From IMG/VR virus record IMGVR_UViG_3300044675_007236: 64,000 nt of DNA. One strand, given 5' to 3'. Source of the stretch: a virus. Lineage: Duplodnaviria; Caudoviricetes. The position numbers and the translations under genes were made by a program. The stretch's first letter is position 1; each line of letters begins with the position of its first letter. A model generated the notes under the pieces. That model had not been told where the DNA came from, searched no databases, and saw nothing but the letters and a program-made list of their open reading frames with translations. Positions 1 through 10,219 of the stretch are shown piece after piece.

Positions 1-487
1 CTTTCTTTTCTACCTCAAGCATACCCGACAACAACGCACTATCGTGCCGATCTAAGCAATCTTTAAGCTCGCTAGCGGCTTTTACTCGATCAACTACAAT
101 TTGGCATGCCGCAGTTTTGACCTCGTCGATATACTCGACTTCTCCAAATTGAGAATCAAGCAAACAAATCAAATCGTCTTGAATTTGCTCACTAAGCTTT
201 CGCAAAAACCACCTGTAATCATTTTCTTTAACGTCGACTTTAGGGTTATAACCTCTAGGTACTAAGTTGTCGTCGGCAAGATAATCCACTAAATTCCATT
301 GGTAAACGGAATCCGGCGTCGGGCCTTGTTTTCTCACAGGGTCTTGTAGCAGCAAGTCGAATCTACCGCCGAGCAGCTCCCGGCAATGTACATGTAGAAC
401 TGCCGCATAACAACCATTGTGTAAAAACACATAAGGAGCAGCAACGGCTTCTGCTTCTCGTCTTCGGCTAACTAAATCACGCAACAC
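1..487 (-). CDS. hypothetical protein, 3'-truncated by window edge (not in ORF track)
   Basis: Manual translation gives an open frame from GTG/TTG at 487/484 (overlapping the stop of 477..707) to position 2: LRDLVSRRREAEAV...LEVEKK. Confidence 0.7.
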   Translation of the reverse strand, partial: MLRDLVSRRREAEAVAAPYVFLHNGCYAAVLHVHCRELLGGRFDLLLQDPVRKQGPTPDSVYQWNLVDYLADDNLVPRGYNPKVDVKENDYRWFLRKLSEQIQDDLICLLDSQFGEVEYIDEVKTAACQIVVDRVKAASELKDCLDRHDSALLSGMLEVEKK

Positions 488-707
488 GTGTAACCCCCAT
501 GTTTAATAGTTCTTCTTCAATTTTTCGGCTCAGGTGTAAATCAACAAACTCAGATCCGCAACTAGAACACGTAGGCATTTCTATGCCCTTTAGGTTTACA
601 GTATGCAACTTTGAATTTATTTTTACCTCCATACTACAGTCACGAATAACTGGTTGAACTGTTTTAGTGTCGCAATAGCAACACCACCAAGGAAAAGGCT
701 TGTCCAT
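477..707 (-). CDS. YgiT/MqsA-type zinc-ribbon protein (stand-alone)
   Basis: CxxC (CCYCD) ... MPTCSSCGSEFVD; spacing resembles the MqsA N-terminal Zn ribbon; no HTH follows. Confidence 0.6.
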   Translation of the reverse strand: MDKPFPWWCCYCDTKTVQPVIRDCSMEVKINSKLHTVNLKGIEMPTCSSCGSEFVDLHLSRKIEEELLNMGVTRVA

Positions 708-711
708 TTAA

Positions 712-1707
712 TTAGCTCCCGTGATTGTCGCGTTCAGGTTTAAATGGCACAAAACCGTTGCAGTTTTCTTTGACCCATTTAAGTCTTTCTTCTTCCGTTG
801 AAAACCCGGCGGTAAACGCACAGTTACTACCTCTGAAAAACTTAACGACATAGAACATTCCGTTTCTTTCGTGCGTGTAATAACGATTCAACTGAAACAT
901 CGGTAAATCTTTTACAGTCAATTGCTTTCCACCTTCTTGCAGCAAGCAAAAGTACCAGTACGAAACGCACGGCTTTCACCTAGCCGCCTATACCAGCCTT
1001 TGCCTGCGTAAACGTAAACCTGCGGGTTTTCTTTTTTATCTGTAGGCCAAGTGAACCTATCACCCGGCTGCAGCCAGCGAATGAGTGTACCGGAGCCGTA
1101 AAGCTCTTGACCCCATACGCTGGCTGCTATTTCTCTTTGTTCGATTGCGGTCATTTAACCTTCCAGTTCTACACGATTAGCAAGGTCGGCTCGGCCTATC
1201 GAGATTGCAAATTCACTTGTTTTTCGAATTGCAGTTTCCCTATCTAAAACCTTGCCGTCATAGTGTGTCCAAATTTCAGCAGTATACAATCCGCCATCAG
1301 TTGCAGCATCGATAGCCCAACCATCGAAGTCTCGAATAACTCTTAGTGTTGTCGCTTGCTGCGGTGTAATGTAGTCATACCGGTCGAAAGGCATTTGCAC
1401 GCCTTCAACGATGTCGTCTTCTAACATATGTTTTCTTCGCTGCTCTTTCTGTCGTTATTCCAATCGTCGATGTGCTGTAGCTTTATACTTGCTAGTACCC
1501 TTTAGCGTCTAATTCCGCTTTTAGCTCGTCTTGAATAGCTGAATCTCTTGAAAGAACAAGCTGAAGGTCTATTTCATTGTCCGTCAGTATCGACACGGGC
1601 ATTGATAACAGTTTTCGATAAAGTTCGATCTTCAGCTCGCTTAAATGCTGTGAATCTCTTGTCATAAATTCATAGTTACCGGTTGCCGTTTGATTTACCT
1701 CTGCCAT
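712..1707 (-). CDS. four small hypothetical ORFs (712..945, 918..1154, 1155..1427, 1492..1707)
   Basis: Abutting minus-strand ORFs of 71-90 aa; GGAG-type RBS before 1707. Confidence 0.65.
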
Positions 1708-1751
1708 AGCTTAGGCTCCTTTTCAGTGTTTGTAGCTTCAAAAGAATCTTC

Positions 1752-3698
1752 TTAACGTTGACTTTCATTTTCTGTCAACTTCATACCGAACGGGGTTCCG
1801 TCTTGTTTTACAAAAGCCTCAAAAGCTTCTTCCCATGTGTAGCTATCTTCACCGATCCAACAACAGGTGTCGTGGATAGCGTCGATACGATACAATGAAA
1901 ACGTGCTGCTCTTGCGTCTTAATCGCGTGTCAAAAAACGGTTCTGCCTCTTGGCCGTTTAAGAACGGTCGATATTGCTGAGAAATCTCCATGGCGGTTTG
2001 ATCTTTTTCTAAATCTACCACCACTAAGTCAGACAGCTTTTCCGGCCAGTCGTCATCTGGGTTTCCAACTTCTCGACTTTCGATCCTGATCTTACATCCA
2101 TTCGCCGCCTCGGCAATGTTGTATCCGTAGATCGGATGGGTAATGTCCTCTAGCTTTCCATTGACATACAAGGCTTCCCTGTTGTCTTGATCGTTGACGA
2201 TGACCAACTTTTTGACCGGTTCAGGCTCGATCATTTCTCGCTCTTCAAAAACCAAATTGTTTTTCCGCACTAAATCAAACAGATTTTCTGGCCATTCCTT
2301 TACAGGTTTTTTAGCGACGTAGTTTTCAATCCTGACTGCGCGACCTTTTGCAACCTCAGCCATGAAGCAGTCGTAGCTTGTTTCGCTGCTTCGATTCAAA
2401 ACGCCATTGACGTAAAAAACCTGGTCCCCTTTTTGATTGGTCACAACGACGAAATGCTTGCCTGGTTCTGGTTCGGCAGCCACAAGCCGGATCGCTGGCC
2501 ACATATCACGGCTCGCCTCCTCGACTCGATCACCGATCACAAGCCAGTCTTTGCAGCTCAGCGACCAGTAGCCATCAGACGCCAGCCGAGGCTCATCGCC
2601 AAGCAGCCGAAAGCCTTTGGGTACAGGAAGCTCGGATTTGCACGGAGCGATCGGCACTTCGATTCGGCAATGAGCCCAGCGGTGAATGCTGCCTTGCGAA
2701 GCCGTAACGAAGGGGAACCCGTACTCTTGAAAAATGTGAATGAGCAATTTCTTTTCCCAGTTATCGCCACTCCCTTGTCGCACTTCGCAATTGATAGCCC
2801 CACTTGCTAGGTCAGCTAGTGTCGGCGTGCGGTGCTGCTTGGGTTCAGGCTCGTACTTTTCAAGCTCGGAAATTGCGCACCATCGGGAAAAATTTGAGTA
2901 GTTGCTTCGGAACAAATACTCGCTTTGCAAAACGCATGATATTCGCCCGATTGTTCCACACTTAGCGTGATTCGGATTTACGAATCGAACTTGATCGCCT
3001 TGTGCTGGCTTCCAGGGTTCAGGCTTGGTTTCAACAGGCACTTCGATTCGGCATTGGTTCCAATGCCTCTCAATTTCCAAACTCCTGTTCTTGGCCCGAA
3101 AGCGATTAGATACTGAATCGTGAATATCAACCAAAAGCCCTGATATCCATATATCAGAAGTATAGTTTCGCACTTCGCATTCAATCGGACCGTTCCTTAG
3201 ATCAGCTAGCGTCGGCTCTCGATGCTTTTCTGAGGTCGGTTCAGGTTTAACCACAACTGGACTGAATGCTTCAATGACCTCAGCACCAACATTCTTGCCG
3301 ATTTCTTCGACAGGCTCTTTAATCGGTCGGCAGTACCAAGCAGGAGCTGCAACCGCCAACGAAGGAAAAAATCCTTCCCCCAGGTAGTTCCAGCCTGCAC
3401 CCCAGTTAATGAAGTCCCCAGGCATCGGCTCTTCGTTGTCCTCAAGCATTCGGCAGCCGTCCTTGGGAATGCGTGTCGGTGCTGGCTCGACGTACACTTG
3501 GCAATGCGTCCAGTAAGCGTTTCTCGCCGCCCAGTTGCCGTTAATCCACCCCTGCAAAAACGCATCGTCTCGCCATGAATCAACGTCTTCGTTTCGGACC
3601 CTAGCCGGAATCGGCTTGCCAGTCTTTATAATTTCCGCAACATCGTCAGCGGTTGCGTCACGCCAGTTTTCGTCACCTTGCTTTTTTTCATCAGACAT
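1752..3698 (-). CDS. mosaic multi-module phage protein with internal repeats (648 aa)
   Basis: Repeated modules HREPTLADL..CRIEVP / HRTPTLADL..CRIEVP and two YVNG.L..WPE.L modules, joined by EPEP-type linkers. Confidence 0.85.
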   Translation of the reverse strand: MSDEKKQGDENWRDATADDVAEIIKTGKPIPARVRNEDVDSWRDDAFLQGWINGNWAARNAYWTHCQVYVEPAPTRIPKDGCRMLEDNEEPMPGDFINWGAGWNYLGEGFFPSLAVAAPAWYCRPIKEPVEEIGKNVGAEVIEAFSPVVVKPEPTSEKHREPTLADLRNGPIECEVRNYTSDIWISGLLVDIHDSVSNRFRAKNRSLEIERHWNQCRIEVPVETKPEPWKPAQGDQVRFVNPNHAKCGTIGRISCVLQSEYLFRSNYSNFSRWCAISELEKYEPEPKQHRTPTLADLASGAINCEVRQGSGDNWEKKLLIHIFQEYGFPFVTASQGSIHRWAHCRIEVPIAPCKSELPVPKGFRLLGDEPRLASDGYWSLSCKDWLVIGDRVEEASRDMWPAIRLVAAEPEPGKHFVVVTNQKGDQVFYVNGVLNRSSETSYDCFMAEVAKGRAVRIENYVAKKPVKEWPENLFDLVRKNNLVFEEREMIEPEPVKKLVIVNDQDNREALYVNGKLEDITHPIYGYNIAEAANGCKIRIESREVGNPDDDWPEKLSDLVVVDLEKDQTAMEISQQYRPFLNGQEAEPFFDTRLRRKSSTFSLYRIDAIHDTCCWIGEDSYTWEEAFEAFVKQDGTPFGMKLTENESQR

Positions 3699-3737
3699 TT
3701 GCAGTTTGCCCTTTCAGGGTCTTGGGTTTACGAATCG

Positions 3738-3757
3738 TCCGTGTATCTAACGCCACG
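3738..3757. repeat. 20-bp direct repeat, copy 1 (TCCGTGTATCTAACGCCACG), hairpin-forming
   Basis: Identical to 4185..4204; both copies are intergenic. Confidence 0.9.
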
Positions 3758-3766
3758 AATCAAAAA

Positions 3767-4144
3767 TTAAAAAATTTCGTCGCAGTGATCTATAACGTTA
3801 AAACCAGCCTCGTTTAGTTTGGATTGTAAAAAGCCATACAGCATGCCTAGATTTGCATTTGTGGTTTCGCACCCACCACGAGAGTCGCCACGAGCGTTTC
3901 GCAACTCCAGAGCATAAATCGGAACATTGTCATTTTGTGATGGAGCAGAATCACCGCAAGGATCAACAAACGGCGTGAGTCGCAGGATATCGTCATCACA
4001 GCCCGAGGCCATGATATAGATTGTATTGAGATCGTAATCACCACCCCTTTCTGCGGATACTTCCATTTCGCACTTGACGGGCGATTGATCCAAAATTTCC
4101 TTGAGTATTACACTGCTCCAGATGTTTAATTGATTTTCAGACAT
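3767..4144 (-). CDS. hypothetical protein flanked by 20-bp direct repeats
   Basis: 125-aa ORF lying between the two repeat copies. Confidence 0.75.
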   Translation of the reverse strand: MSENQLNIWSSVILKEILDQSPVKCEMEVSAERGGDYDLNTIYIMASGCDDDILRLTPFVDPCGDSAPSQNDNVPIYALELRNARGDSRGGCETTNANLGMLYGFLQSKLNEAGFNVIDHCDEIF

Positions 4145-4184
4145 GTTAACCTTTTCGTTTTCCTGCTAGAAGAATATCTAAATA

Positions 4185-4204
4185 TCCGTGTATCTAACGC
4201 CACG
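4185..4204. repeat. 20-bp direct repeat, copy 2
   Basis: Identical to 3738..3757; here TCCGTG/CACGGA forms a 6-bp stem around TATCTAACGC. Confidence 0.9.
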
Positions 4205-4232
4205 GACAGTTGTAAAAAAAACTTAGCACAGT

Positions 4233-5273
4233 TTACGATTCTATCGGTTCGTCCAACACCAGATAGCCACCTGCCTGCCGCATCGTCGATCCTGGGTAGT
4301 GCTTCTCCAGCATATCGCCTAGTTTGCCGAGTACGATCGCAGGGACCGGTAGCCTGATCTGCATGATCGGACGAACTTCGATTGGATTTGAGCCGAATAC
4401 GCTTGCTGGTACGCCGCAGCGATCCATTGCGTATTCGATTTCATCTTTCTTTGGTTCCCATTCTCCCGACGGGTCCTCCAGTTGCTTTCCGTCCAACTTT
4501 CCCAAGTCCGAAAGTCTTCTTGGCCATTCCTCAGGGGCTGAAACCTCATAGCTGTCAAACCTGATTAAAGAACCCTTTGCAAGCTTGGCAATGTTGGTTC
4601 CGTAGATGGTTTCATCGAAGTCTTCCAAAATTCCGTCAACGTAAAGCGCTTGATCGCTTATCTCGTGATCACACACAAGGACCAACTGTTTGAACGGTTC
4701 GGGCTCATCAACTTGACCTGATTGATACTTTGCCCCGGCTTGGAAAGCTTGCCAATATTGCTCGATTCCAAGATCAAGATATCGACCATCGCCGTGAGTA
4801 CGTAATTGATCAGCCTTCCATCCGTACCGCTTGAACATCTCGTTCTCAAAAGAATACCGCATCGAGCCAGTTAAGACCGGTTCGGGCTCTTCGACCACAA
4901 ATCGGATCGCTGGCCACTTGTCACGGTTCGCAATCTCGACTCGACCTCCGATCAGAATCCAGTCGTGGTAACTCCAGTAACAATCAGACGCCAGCCTAGG
5001 TTCGTCGCCAAGCAATCGAAAGCCTTTGGGGATAGGCCCGACATCTTTGTGTTGGTCGGCGTGCTTGCCCGGTTCTGGCTCGATAGGAATTAAGTCGTAT
5101 TCGCTTTCAATGTGGTCCCCTTCATACCTACCATTTCGATTCCACGAACACCATCGAATGTCGTAAGTATTTTCGCTCATTTTCAAAGTTCCTTGAAGCG
5201 GCCACCTGTCATTGGTACTCGTCCAAACACTGAGAACAGGATACCCACCCCTAGATTCAGTTTTCCAACTCAT
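4233..5273 (-). CDS. mosaic multi-module phage protein (346 aa), shares modules with 1752..3698 and 45716..46516
   Basis: PKGFRLLGDEPRLASD..WPAIR module is also similar in DNA to about 2470-2625; ALYVDG..WPRRLSDL module; WQAFQAG module. Confidence 0.85.
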   Translation of the reverse strand: MSWKTESRGGYPVLSVWTSTNDRWPLQGTLKMSENTYDIRWCSWNRNGRYEGDHIESEYDLIPIEPEPGKHADQHKDVGPIPKGFRLLGDEPRLASDCYWSYHDWILIGGRVEIANRDKWPAIRFVVEEPEPVLTGSMRYSFENEMFKRYGWKADQLRTHGDGRYLDLGIEQYWQAFQAGAKYQSGQVDEPEPFKQLVLVCDHEISDQALYVDGILEDFDETIYGTNIAKLAKGSLIRFDSYEVSAPEEWPRRLSDLGKLDGKQLEDPSGEWEPKKDEIEYAMDRCGVPASVFGSNPIEVRPIMQIRLPVPAIVLGKLGDMLEKHYPGSTMRQAGGYLVLDEPIES

Positions 5274-5736
5274 TTTTTCACCTTAAAAGCCTTTTTAAAA
5301 TCTTCTGTTCGAAACTCGATAAGCTCTACCTCGTCCACCGACGGGTGTATGTACCCGTCGACAATAGCTTGCACAATTTCTCTGATTTTGGAATCTTCAC
5401 CGTCTAGAGGATCTATTAAACCAATTCTCACAGTCACATCGATAGTGTCAGTCATTAATTTAAGTCCTCCAAGCCGGATAAAGCGTCGTTTACCTTGTTT
5501 TCCAAAGCAACCAGTTTTTGACTCAAAACCGCAATTTGTTTTTCAAGAATGGCATCTACTGCGTTCTGTATTTCTTTGTCTGTAAAAACAAAAGTCATGT
5601 CGATATCGTTTTCTAAACTGTCTAAAGCTTTAATTGTGTAGCAGTGGGCGTTGTAAAGTATGTTTCTTGCCTTGTATAACTTTTTTTGTTTTTCTTCTAG
5701 ATCTTTAACTGCTGCAATGACTTCGTGCAAACGCAT
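5270..5736 (-). CDS. two small hypothetical ORFs (5270..5455, 5455..5736)
   Basis: Coupled stop/start junctions; GGAG RBS before 5736. Confidence 0.65.
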
Positions 5737-5747
5737 GTGTTAACTCC

Positions 5748-5774
5748 AAAAAAAACCCGCCAAAATTTGGCGGG
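5748..5774 (-). terminator. intrinsic terminator abutting the next RBS
   Basis: Minus strand CCCGCCAAATTTTGGCGGG followed by T8, then GGAG and ATG. Confidence 0.8.
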
Positions 5775-5809
5775 CTAGTGAAAGAAAAATCGACGCATTA
5801 AAAAATGTT

Positions 5810-6618
5810 CTAGGTTAGAACTTCTTGTGCGGCTGCCCAGTTATTAACATAACCTTGTCTTTTGTGAAGCTCCATAAGCACTTGAACTCGATTGTCTACC
5901 GCCCACAAACGGTTCAGCTTTTCATGATCACTTTTGTCGAGCGTTTGTAACCCCATCAAACAGCCGTTGGCTTTTGCAAACTCGTGAAACTCATTTGTAA
6001 GGAACATCTGCTCTAGAAGATCGGTCAGCTTCAACATACCAGCATCTAAGCGAGGCTGCGGCATATCATGCTCAAGGCAGACACGTTTAAAACCGTTTAG
6101 GTAATCCACTACAACAACACGGTAGTCGATAAGACAACCTGCGTATGCTCTGTCAAAAATGAAACAGTCTAACAGTTTTTGCAGCCAATGGAACGTTGAA
6201 TTTTGAAAAGGCTCTGTAGGCTTTTCGTCGCGAATAACCGCGTAAAATTTTTCCAGTATGTCTGAGTCAAATGTGTGATACATCAGCATAATAAGTCCTT
6301 GGTAACTAAGTGTCAACTTTAGGAAAGAGAAGCAGGTTCTTCTTCTGGCTCGTACTCAGGGCAACCTACTGTCATGCAAAAACCTTTTGATCTTATGTTA
6401 GTAAGATGTACGTCGCACCTACGTGCATAGTAGCCTAACGCTCTAAAGTGATCCAACGCCAGATCTGCTACTTCGTCTGACACATCAGGTACATCGACGG
6501 AGCAGGCGGTTCTACCTGCTTTTAATGCAGTCTGCAGTGTTTCGGTCAACAACAAGACCAAATGCTCTAGGGCGTAGATTTTTGCGGCTTTTGGTCCAAG
6601 ACCAACGTTAAAACTCAT
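5810..6618 (-). CDS. two hypothetical ORFs (5810..6316, 6319..6618)
   Basis: Tightly packed minus-strand ORFs of 168 and 99 aa. Confidence 0.65.
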
Positions 6619-6625
6619 GATTAAA

Positions 6626-6859
6626 CTACCTCAAAATTACAACATCTTCCAATGTCTCGACCCAGACCCTAGCTCCACAGCTAAGTGGTTTATCCGGTGA
6701 GTACTTAACCAAACAGGGTCCAGGTATATGCACCTCGTGCGCGTACCTGTTTGTCTTGCCTTGTTTGACGGTTATAACAGGTTCGTCTGCACCTGTCTTT
6801 AAATTTTTGCGTATAACCGCCTGATTTACGTGCACAATCGTTTTCGCTTTTCTGGCCAA
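6626..6859 (-). CDS. conserved small phage protein of unknown function
   Basis: IHVNQ..I..N.K.G..EPVITVK..GP..V.Y..DKPL.CGARVW.ET pattern recalled from many phages; TTG start. Confidence 0.7.
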   Translation of the reverse strand: MARKAKTIVHVNQAVIRKNLKTGADEPVITVKQGKTNRYAHEVHIPGPCLVKYSPDKPLSCGARVWVETLEDVVILR

Positions 6860-6861
6860 AG

Positions 6862-7200
6862 TTATTCTCCGTCGGCTATTTCAAGATCAACTGTAGTAGC
6901 CTCGTTGTGTTGCTCGATAGTGTACCAGTCGTTGTGTGTCACTGTATCTTCCTCCAGGTCGTAAGTAACATTGTCACCGAAGGCGTCACCGTCACCGGCA
7001 CCGCCGTAGGAGTAAGCTTCTTGTGCCCAATCTTCAATCTTATCTGAGAAGTCACCATCGTCGTCGCAATAGCCTGGATCAACGGATACTTCCAAATAGC
7101 CTTCATCGCTACCGCCTGAAAATTCAAGCAAAATCTTTTTTACTCCCAGCTGTTTGGCTTCCTCGTACAACAACTTCGGTAGAGGCAATACAAATGTCAT
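6862..7200 (-). CDS. DUF6878-like acidic protein
   Basis: EFSGGSDEG ... YSYGGAGDGD.FG.VTYDL pattern; adjacent to the DUF6915-like gene. Confidence 0.5.
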   Translation of the reverse strand: MTFVLPLPKLLYEEAKQLGVKKILLEFSGGSDEGYLEVSVDPGYCDDDGDFSDKIEDWAQEAYSYGGAGDGDAFGDNVTYDLEEDTVTHNDWYTIEQHNEATTVDLEIADGE

Positions 7201-7201
7201 G

Positions 7202-7570
7202 TTATTCTTTTCCTTCGACTTTTAGGGTTTTAGACAACTTAACTCCGACACGCGTCATCCACGGCTGTGGTGTAATGTTTTGCAGCCAATCTTTCATACT
7301 TGGAATAAATCCACAATCCTCGGTAACATGCTGCTCACCAATAGCCCTAACTGGAACTGTCCTATTGTTGGAGTTGGTTATAGTGACGCCAAACTCCCTT
7401 TCACACAAGAAGATACCCTCAGCGTGATGTCTGATGGCCCTGTGTCTAAAGTCAGCATAGGCCGACTTACTCTCATCAAACCAACTGTGTATCGCCAGAT
7501 AATCCTCTGGCACACCTCCCCACTTCTTTACCGAAGACAGGGAATGATTATAAGGATGTGACATAGCCAC
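7202..7570 (-). CDS. DUF6915-like His-rich protein
   Basis: HP.NHS.SS.KKWGG..EDY..IH.WFDESK....D.RHRA.RHH.EG ... EQHV.ED.G.IP. Confidence 0.65.
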   Translation of the reverse strand: MAMSHPYNHSLSSVKKWGGVPEDYLAIHSWFDESKSAYADFRHRAIRHHAEGIFLCEREFGVTITNSNNRTVPVRAIGEQHVTEDCGFIPSMKDWLQNITPQPWMTRVGVKLSKTLKVEGKE

Positions 7571-7575
7571 CCTTT

Positions 7576-8763
7576 CTAGCCGAGCTTGCCGTCACTTATC
7601 TTCTTCAAATAGTTTTCAAACTCGTGCTCGCTATAGAAAACAACCAAGTCGGAAAGGTGTTCAGCAGCGAGCTGAACGCCTGTGTATTCCGCCCGCAAAG
7701 TTACGCCACCTTCAACGTATACCAACGTCCACTGTTGATCTGTATAGTCTTCAAACAGTCTGTCATGTATCTTGCGGACAGGAATCCTCTTATCGTTTCG
7801 AGGTAACCCAAGCGATTGAAGAACCAGTTGACGTCGGCTCACTCCAGCAGCCCCGCTGCTCGCATATCAGATAATAAGTCTTCTGCAGCATTTAGAACAG
7901 ATTCATAGCCATTCGAGTGATGGCCTTCGTAAGCTTTGTTTCGAACGAATGCGGCTTTCTTTTCAGGTAAGCCGTCCAAAAGAGCCGCAATCGCTTGTTC
8001 ATATTCATCAGATGTTAGGGCCAAAAATGGTAAATCTCGCGTCACGTTCAAGCACACTTGTCGTCGCACGTCGCCTTTATCAACACAAAGTCTTTCAACT
8101 TTTACGTTGACCGTTTTCGGCGTAGATCGATGAACATAGACACCCATCGATTGTATTAGATTTCGGCTTGCAACGTCCATCTCCCAGCTAGCCTTGTGGC
8201 TTTGGGAGCCTTCGTAAAACCATTCGTATAGTTGGTCGTTGTAAATGCAACTTGCTACGTAAATTGTCATGGTTTTCTCCTGAACTTTGTTTTGATCGTG
8301 TAGCGTAATTCTTTCAAAAGCAGCGGGATACATGCAAGCGACGCGGCTACGGCTGCAGCAGCAACAACCAGTAACACCAGCGATAACCCCATAACAGGGA
8401 TTATCCAAATCGGTAAAGTAGCTATCCACCAAGGCCAGTCAATTACGTTTGCTAGTCTAAGTGTTACAAACACTATGCCTATCACAAACAAAAGTGAATA
8501 AGCATTAATTAGATAGTGAGGTCTTTCTGAACTGTTTTGCATTTTGTCCCTTTCACATCTGTTTGTACCGGAAAAATCGAATCGCACTTACGGTAGCAGA
8601 AGATTTTCTTAAGTTTTACTCTTGAACCTCCTGACGTATACCAACCTGGCTCACCGTAATTATCAGAGAAACCCGCAGGTGTGCCCCAGTACAACACTAC
8701 GAAATCCATGTCTCCATTTTCAAACTCGACTTCACAAAGATATCGCGTACCGTCTTTTTTCAT
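7576..8763 (-). CDS. hypothetical ORFs (7576..7842, 7839..8432 probably starting internally, 8267..8587 membrane protein, 8509..8763)
   Basis: 8267..8587 has two hydrophobic segments around IDWPWW; the others have no recognisable motif. Confidence 0.55.
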
Positions 8764-8773
8764 TTTGTTCCTT

Positions 8774-9370
8774 TCAAACTACCTCTAAGTTGTATAAATT
8801 TAGCTCGTCTGCCGTCGGAAGTCTAAAATGCTTCGGTAAGAAAAGTTCATCGGGGCGTCCTTTCAATGACATGTACATACGTTCGCAAATTGTAGTAATT
8901 CTGGTTACTCTAAAAAAGTAACACTCAACGAGTCGAATTGATAACGTTTTAGCACAAACAACAACATCACTCTTTTCTGGTACCCAAGCTTTTGTCTGGG
9001 CTTAAGGTGTTTTAATACGCCGCCGTAGCCATCGCCGTAGCCGTAGCCGTAGCCGTTGCCGTAGCCCCAGCCGTATCCGTCGCCGATATGTCTCAACGCT
9101 ATACTTGCCTACAGCATAGCTCACAAGAGATGTAGGTTGCCAATCGAGGCTAGCATAACTAAAATATTCATCACCTTTTTTGACCGTTTCACCTTCGTTT
9201 AAAAACCGATAGTCGTCGCCAACAACCCGCTTTGTCGTAAGCTTGGTTCTACACCGACTTTCCGTTTTTACTTCGGAGCATGCTGCTAAAGCCGAAACCT
9301 TTGCAGCTGCTATTTTCGATGGCTTGGCGACATTGTAACTACCACCAAGCTTTCGCACTATTCTCGGCAT
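8774..9370 (-). pseudogene. mosaic protein interrupted by an in-frame TAA at 9002-9004 and carrying an in-frame (CGGCTA)n expansion
   Basis: The frame of 9002..9370 stays open for 75 codons after the TAA (AQTKAWVPEKSDVVVC...NLEVV*), ending at the RBS of the next gene. Confidence 0.55.
9019..9085 (-). repeat. GGY-NNN hexamer tract
   Basis: Minus strand GGC GAC GGA TAC GGC TGG GGC TAC GGC AAC GGC TAC GGC TAC GGC TAC GGC GAT GGC TAC GGC GGC. Confidence 0.85.
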
Positions 9371-9374
9371 GATT

Positions 9375-9749
9375 TCACCTGAAAAAAGTCCAGCCTTGAC
9401 CTGGTAAAGCTTCTAACACGCGTTCTTTTGCTTCGGTTCGACTACCAGCCCTAACAAAAACACGTATTTGGTTTTCATTGGCTGTATCGTCCGGTGAAAA
9501 AGCACAATACAGATTCGCAGGGCCACCCCAGTAAGCTCCACCGACATCGTAACAAGCGTCTTGAAATTGCACTTTCTGCAAGTGCAGTTTCTCTGGATCA
9601 CCTTCAACCCAGTTTCTACGCCCCATATCGGCTCCCCAGCTCGAGTAACCTTTGTTAACAGGGAGTGCTAGAATTTTGTTGATACTTGCTGTCATCTGAA
9701 GATAATCCTCTATACTCAGGTCGCCTAATTCCGTATTTAAGAACAACAA
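9375..9749 (-). CDS. conserved phage protein (GA.MGR / YD.GGAYWG family); true start probably internal
   Basis: GADMGRR ... CYDVGGAYWGGPANLYCA motif. Confidence 0.6.
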   Translation of the reverse strand: MLFLNTELGDLSIEDYLQMTASINKILALPVNKGYSSWGADMGRRNWVEGDPEKLHLQKVQFQDACYDVGGAYWGGPANLYCAFSPDDTANENQIRVFVRAGSRTEAKERVLEALPGQGWTFFR

Positions 9750-10219
9750 CGCTGTTGTCTTTCATTCGAACGTAGTTGTGATATTGCCTACAGAAAACCA
9801 TCTTTTGATAGTCATACGAGTTGCGTATGCCGCGTTTTCGCCATTCGTTTTTAATGGCTGCGTCAACATACTCGTCATTGAAACCAAAAGCGGCCACTTC
9901 TTCCGGGTCGATGCCGTGGGTTTTGACTTCTTCCCACATGTTTAAAACCAGAAGCAAGTGTTGTTGTTCTTCTGTTTTAGATCGCATCGAATCAATTATT
10001 TGATTAGCTGACATGTTGTTACCCAATTACAAAACAAAGAACAACACCTACGCATAAACCAAGAAACAAAACAGCTGCCGTAATAGCAAAAAATTCAAAG
10101 CTATTGGACGCTTTTTGCTGATCTTTATAGTCAAGTTCATCCTCAATGTCCTGTAGCGATTTCATGCTTTTCCTTTTTATCTTTCGGAATCGTGAGATTG
10201 TATCGGCGTGCCGCCTCAA
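9655..10219 (-). CDS. two hypothetical ORFs (9655..10026; 10019..10219 with a C-terminal TM segment)
   Basis: ORF track; hydrophobic C-terminus in the second. Confidence 0.55.
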
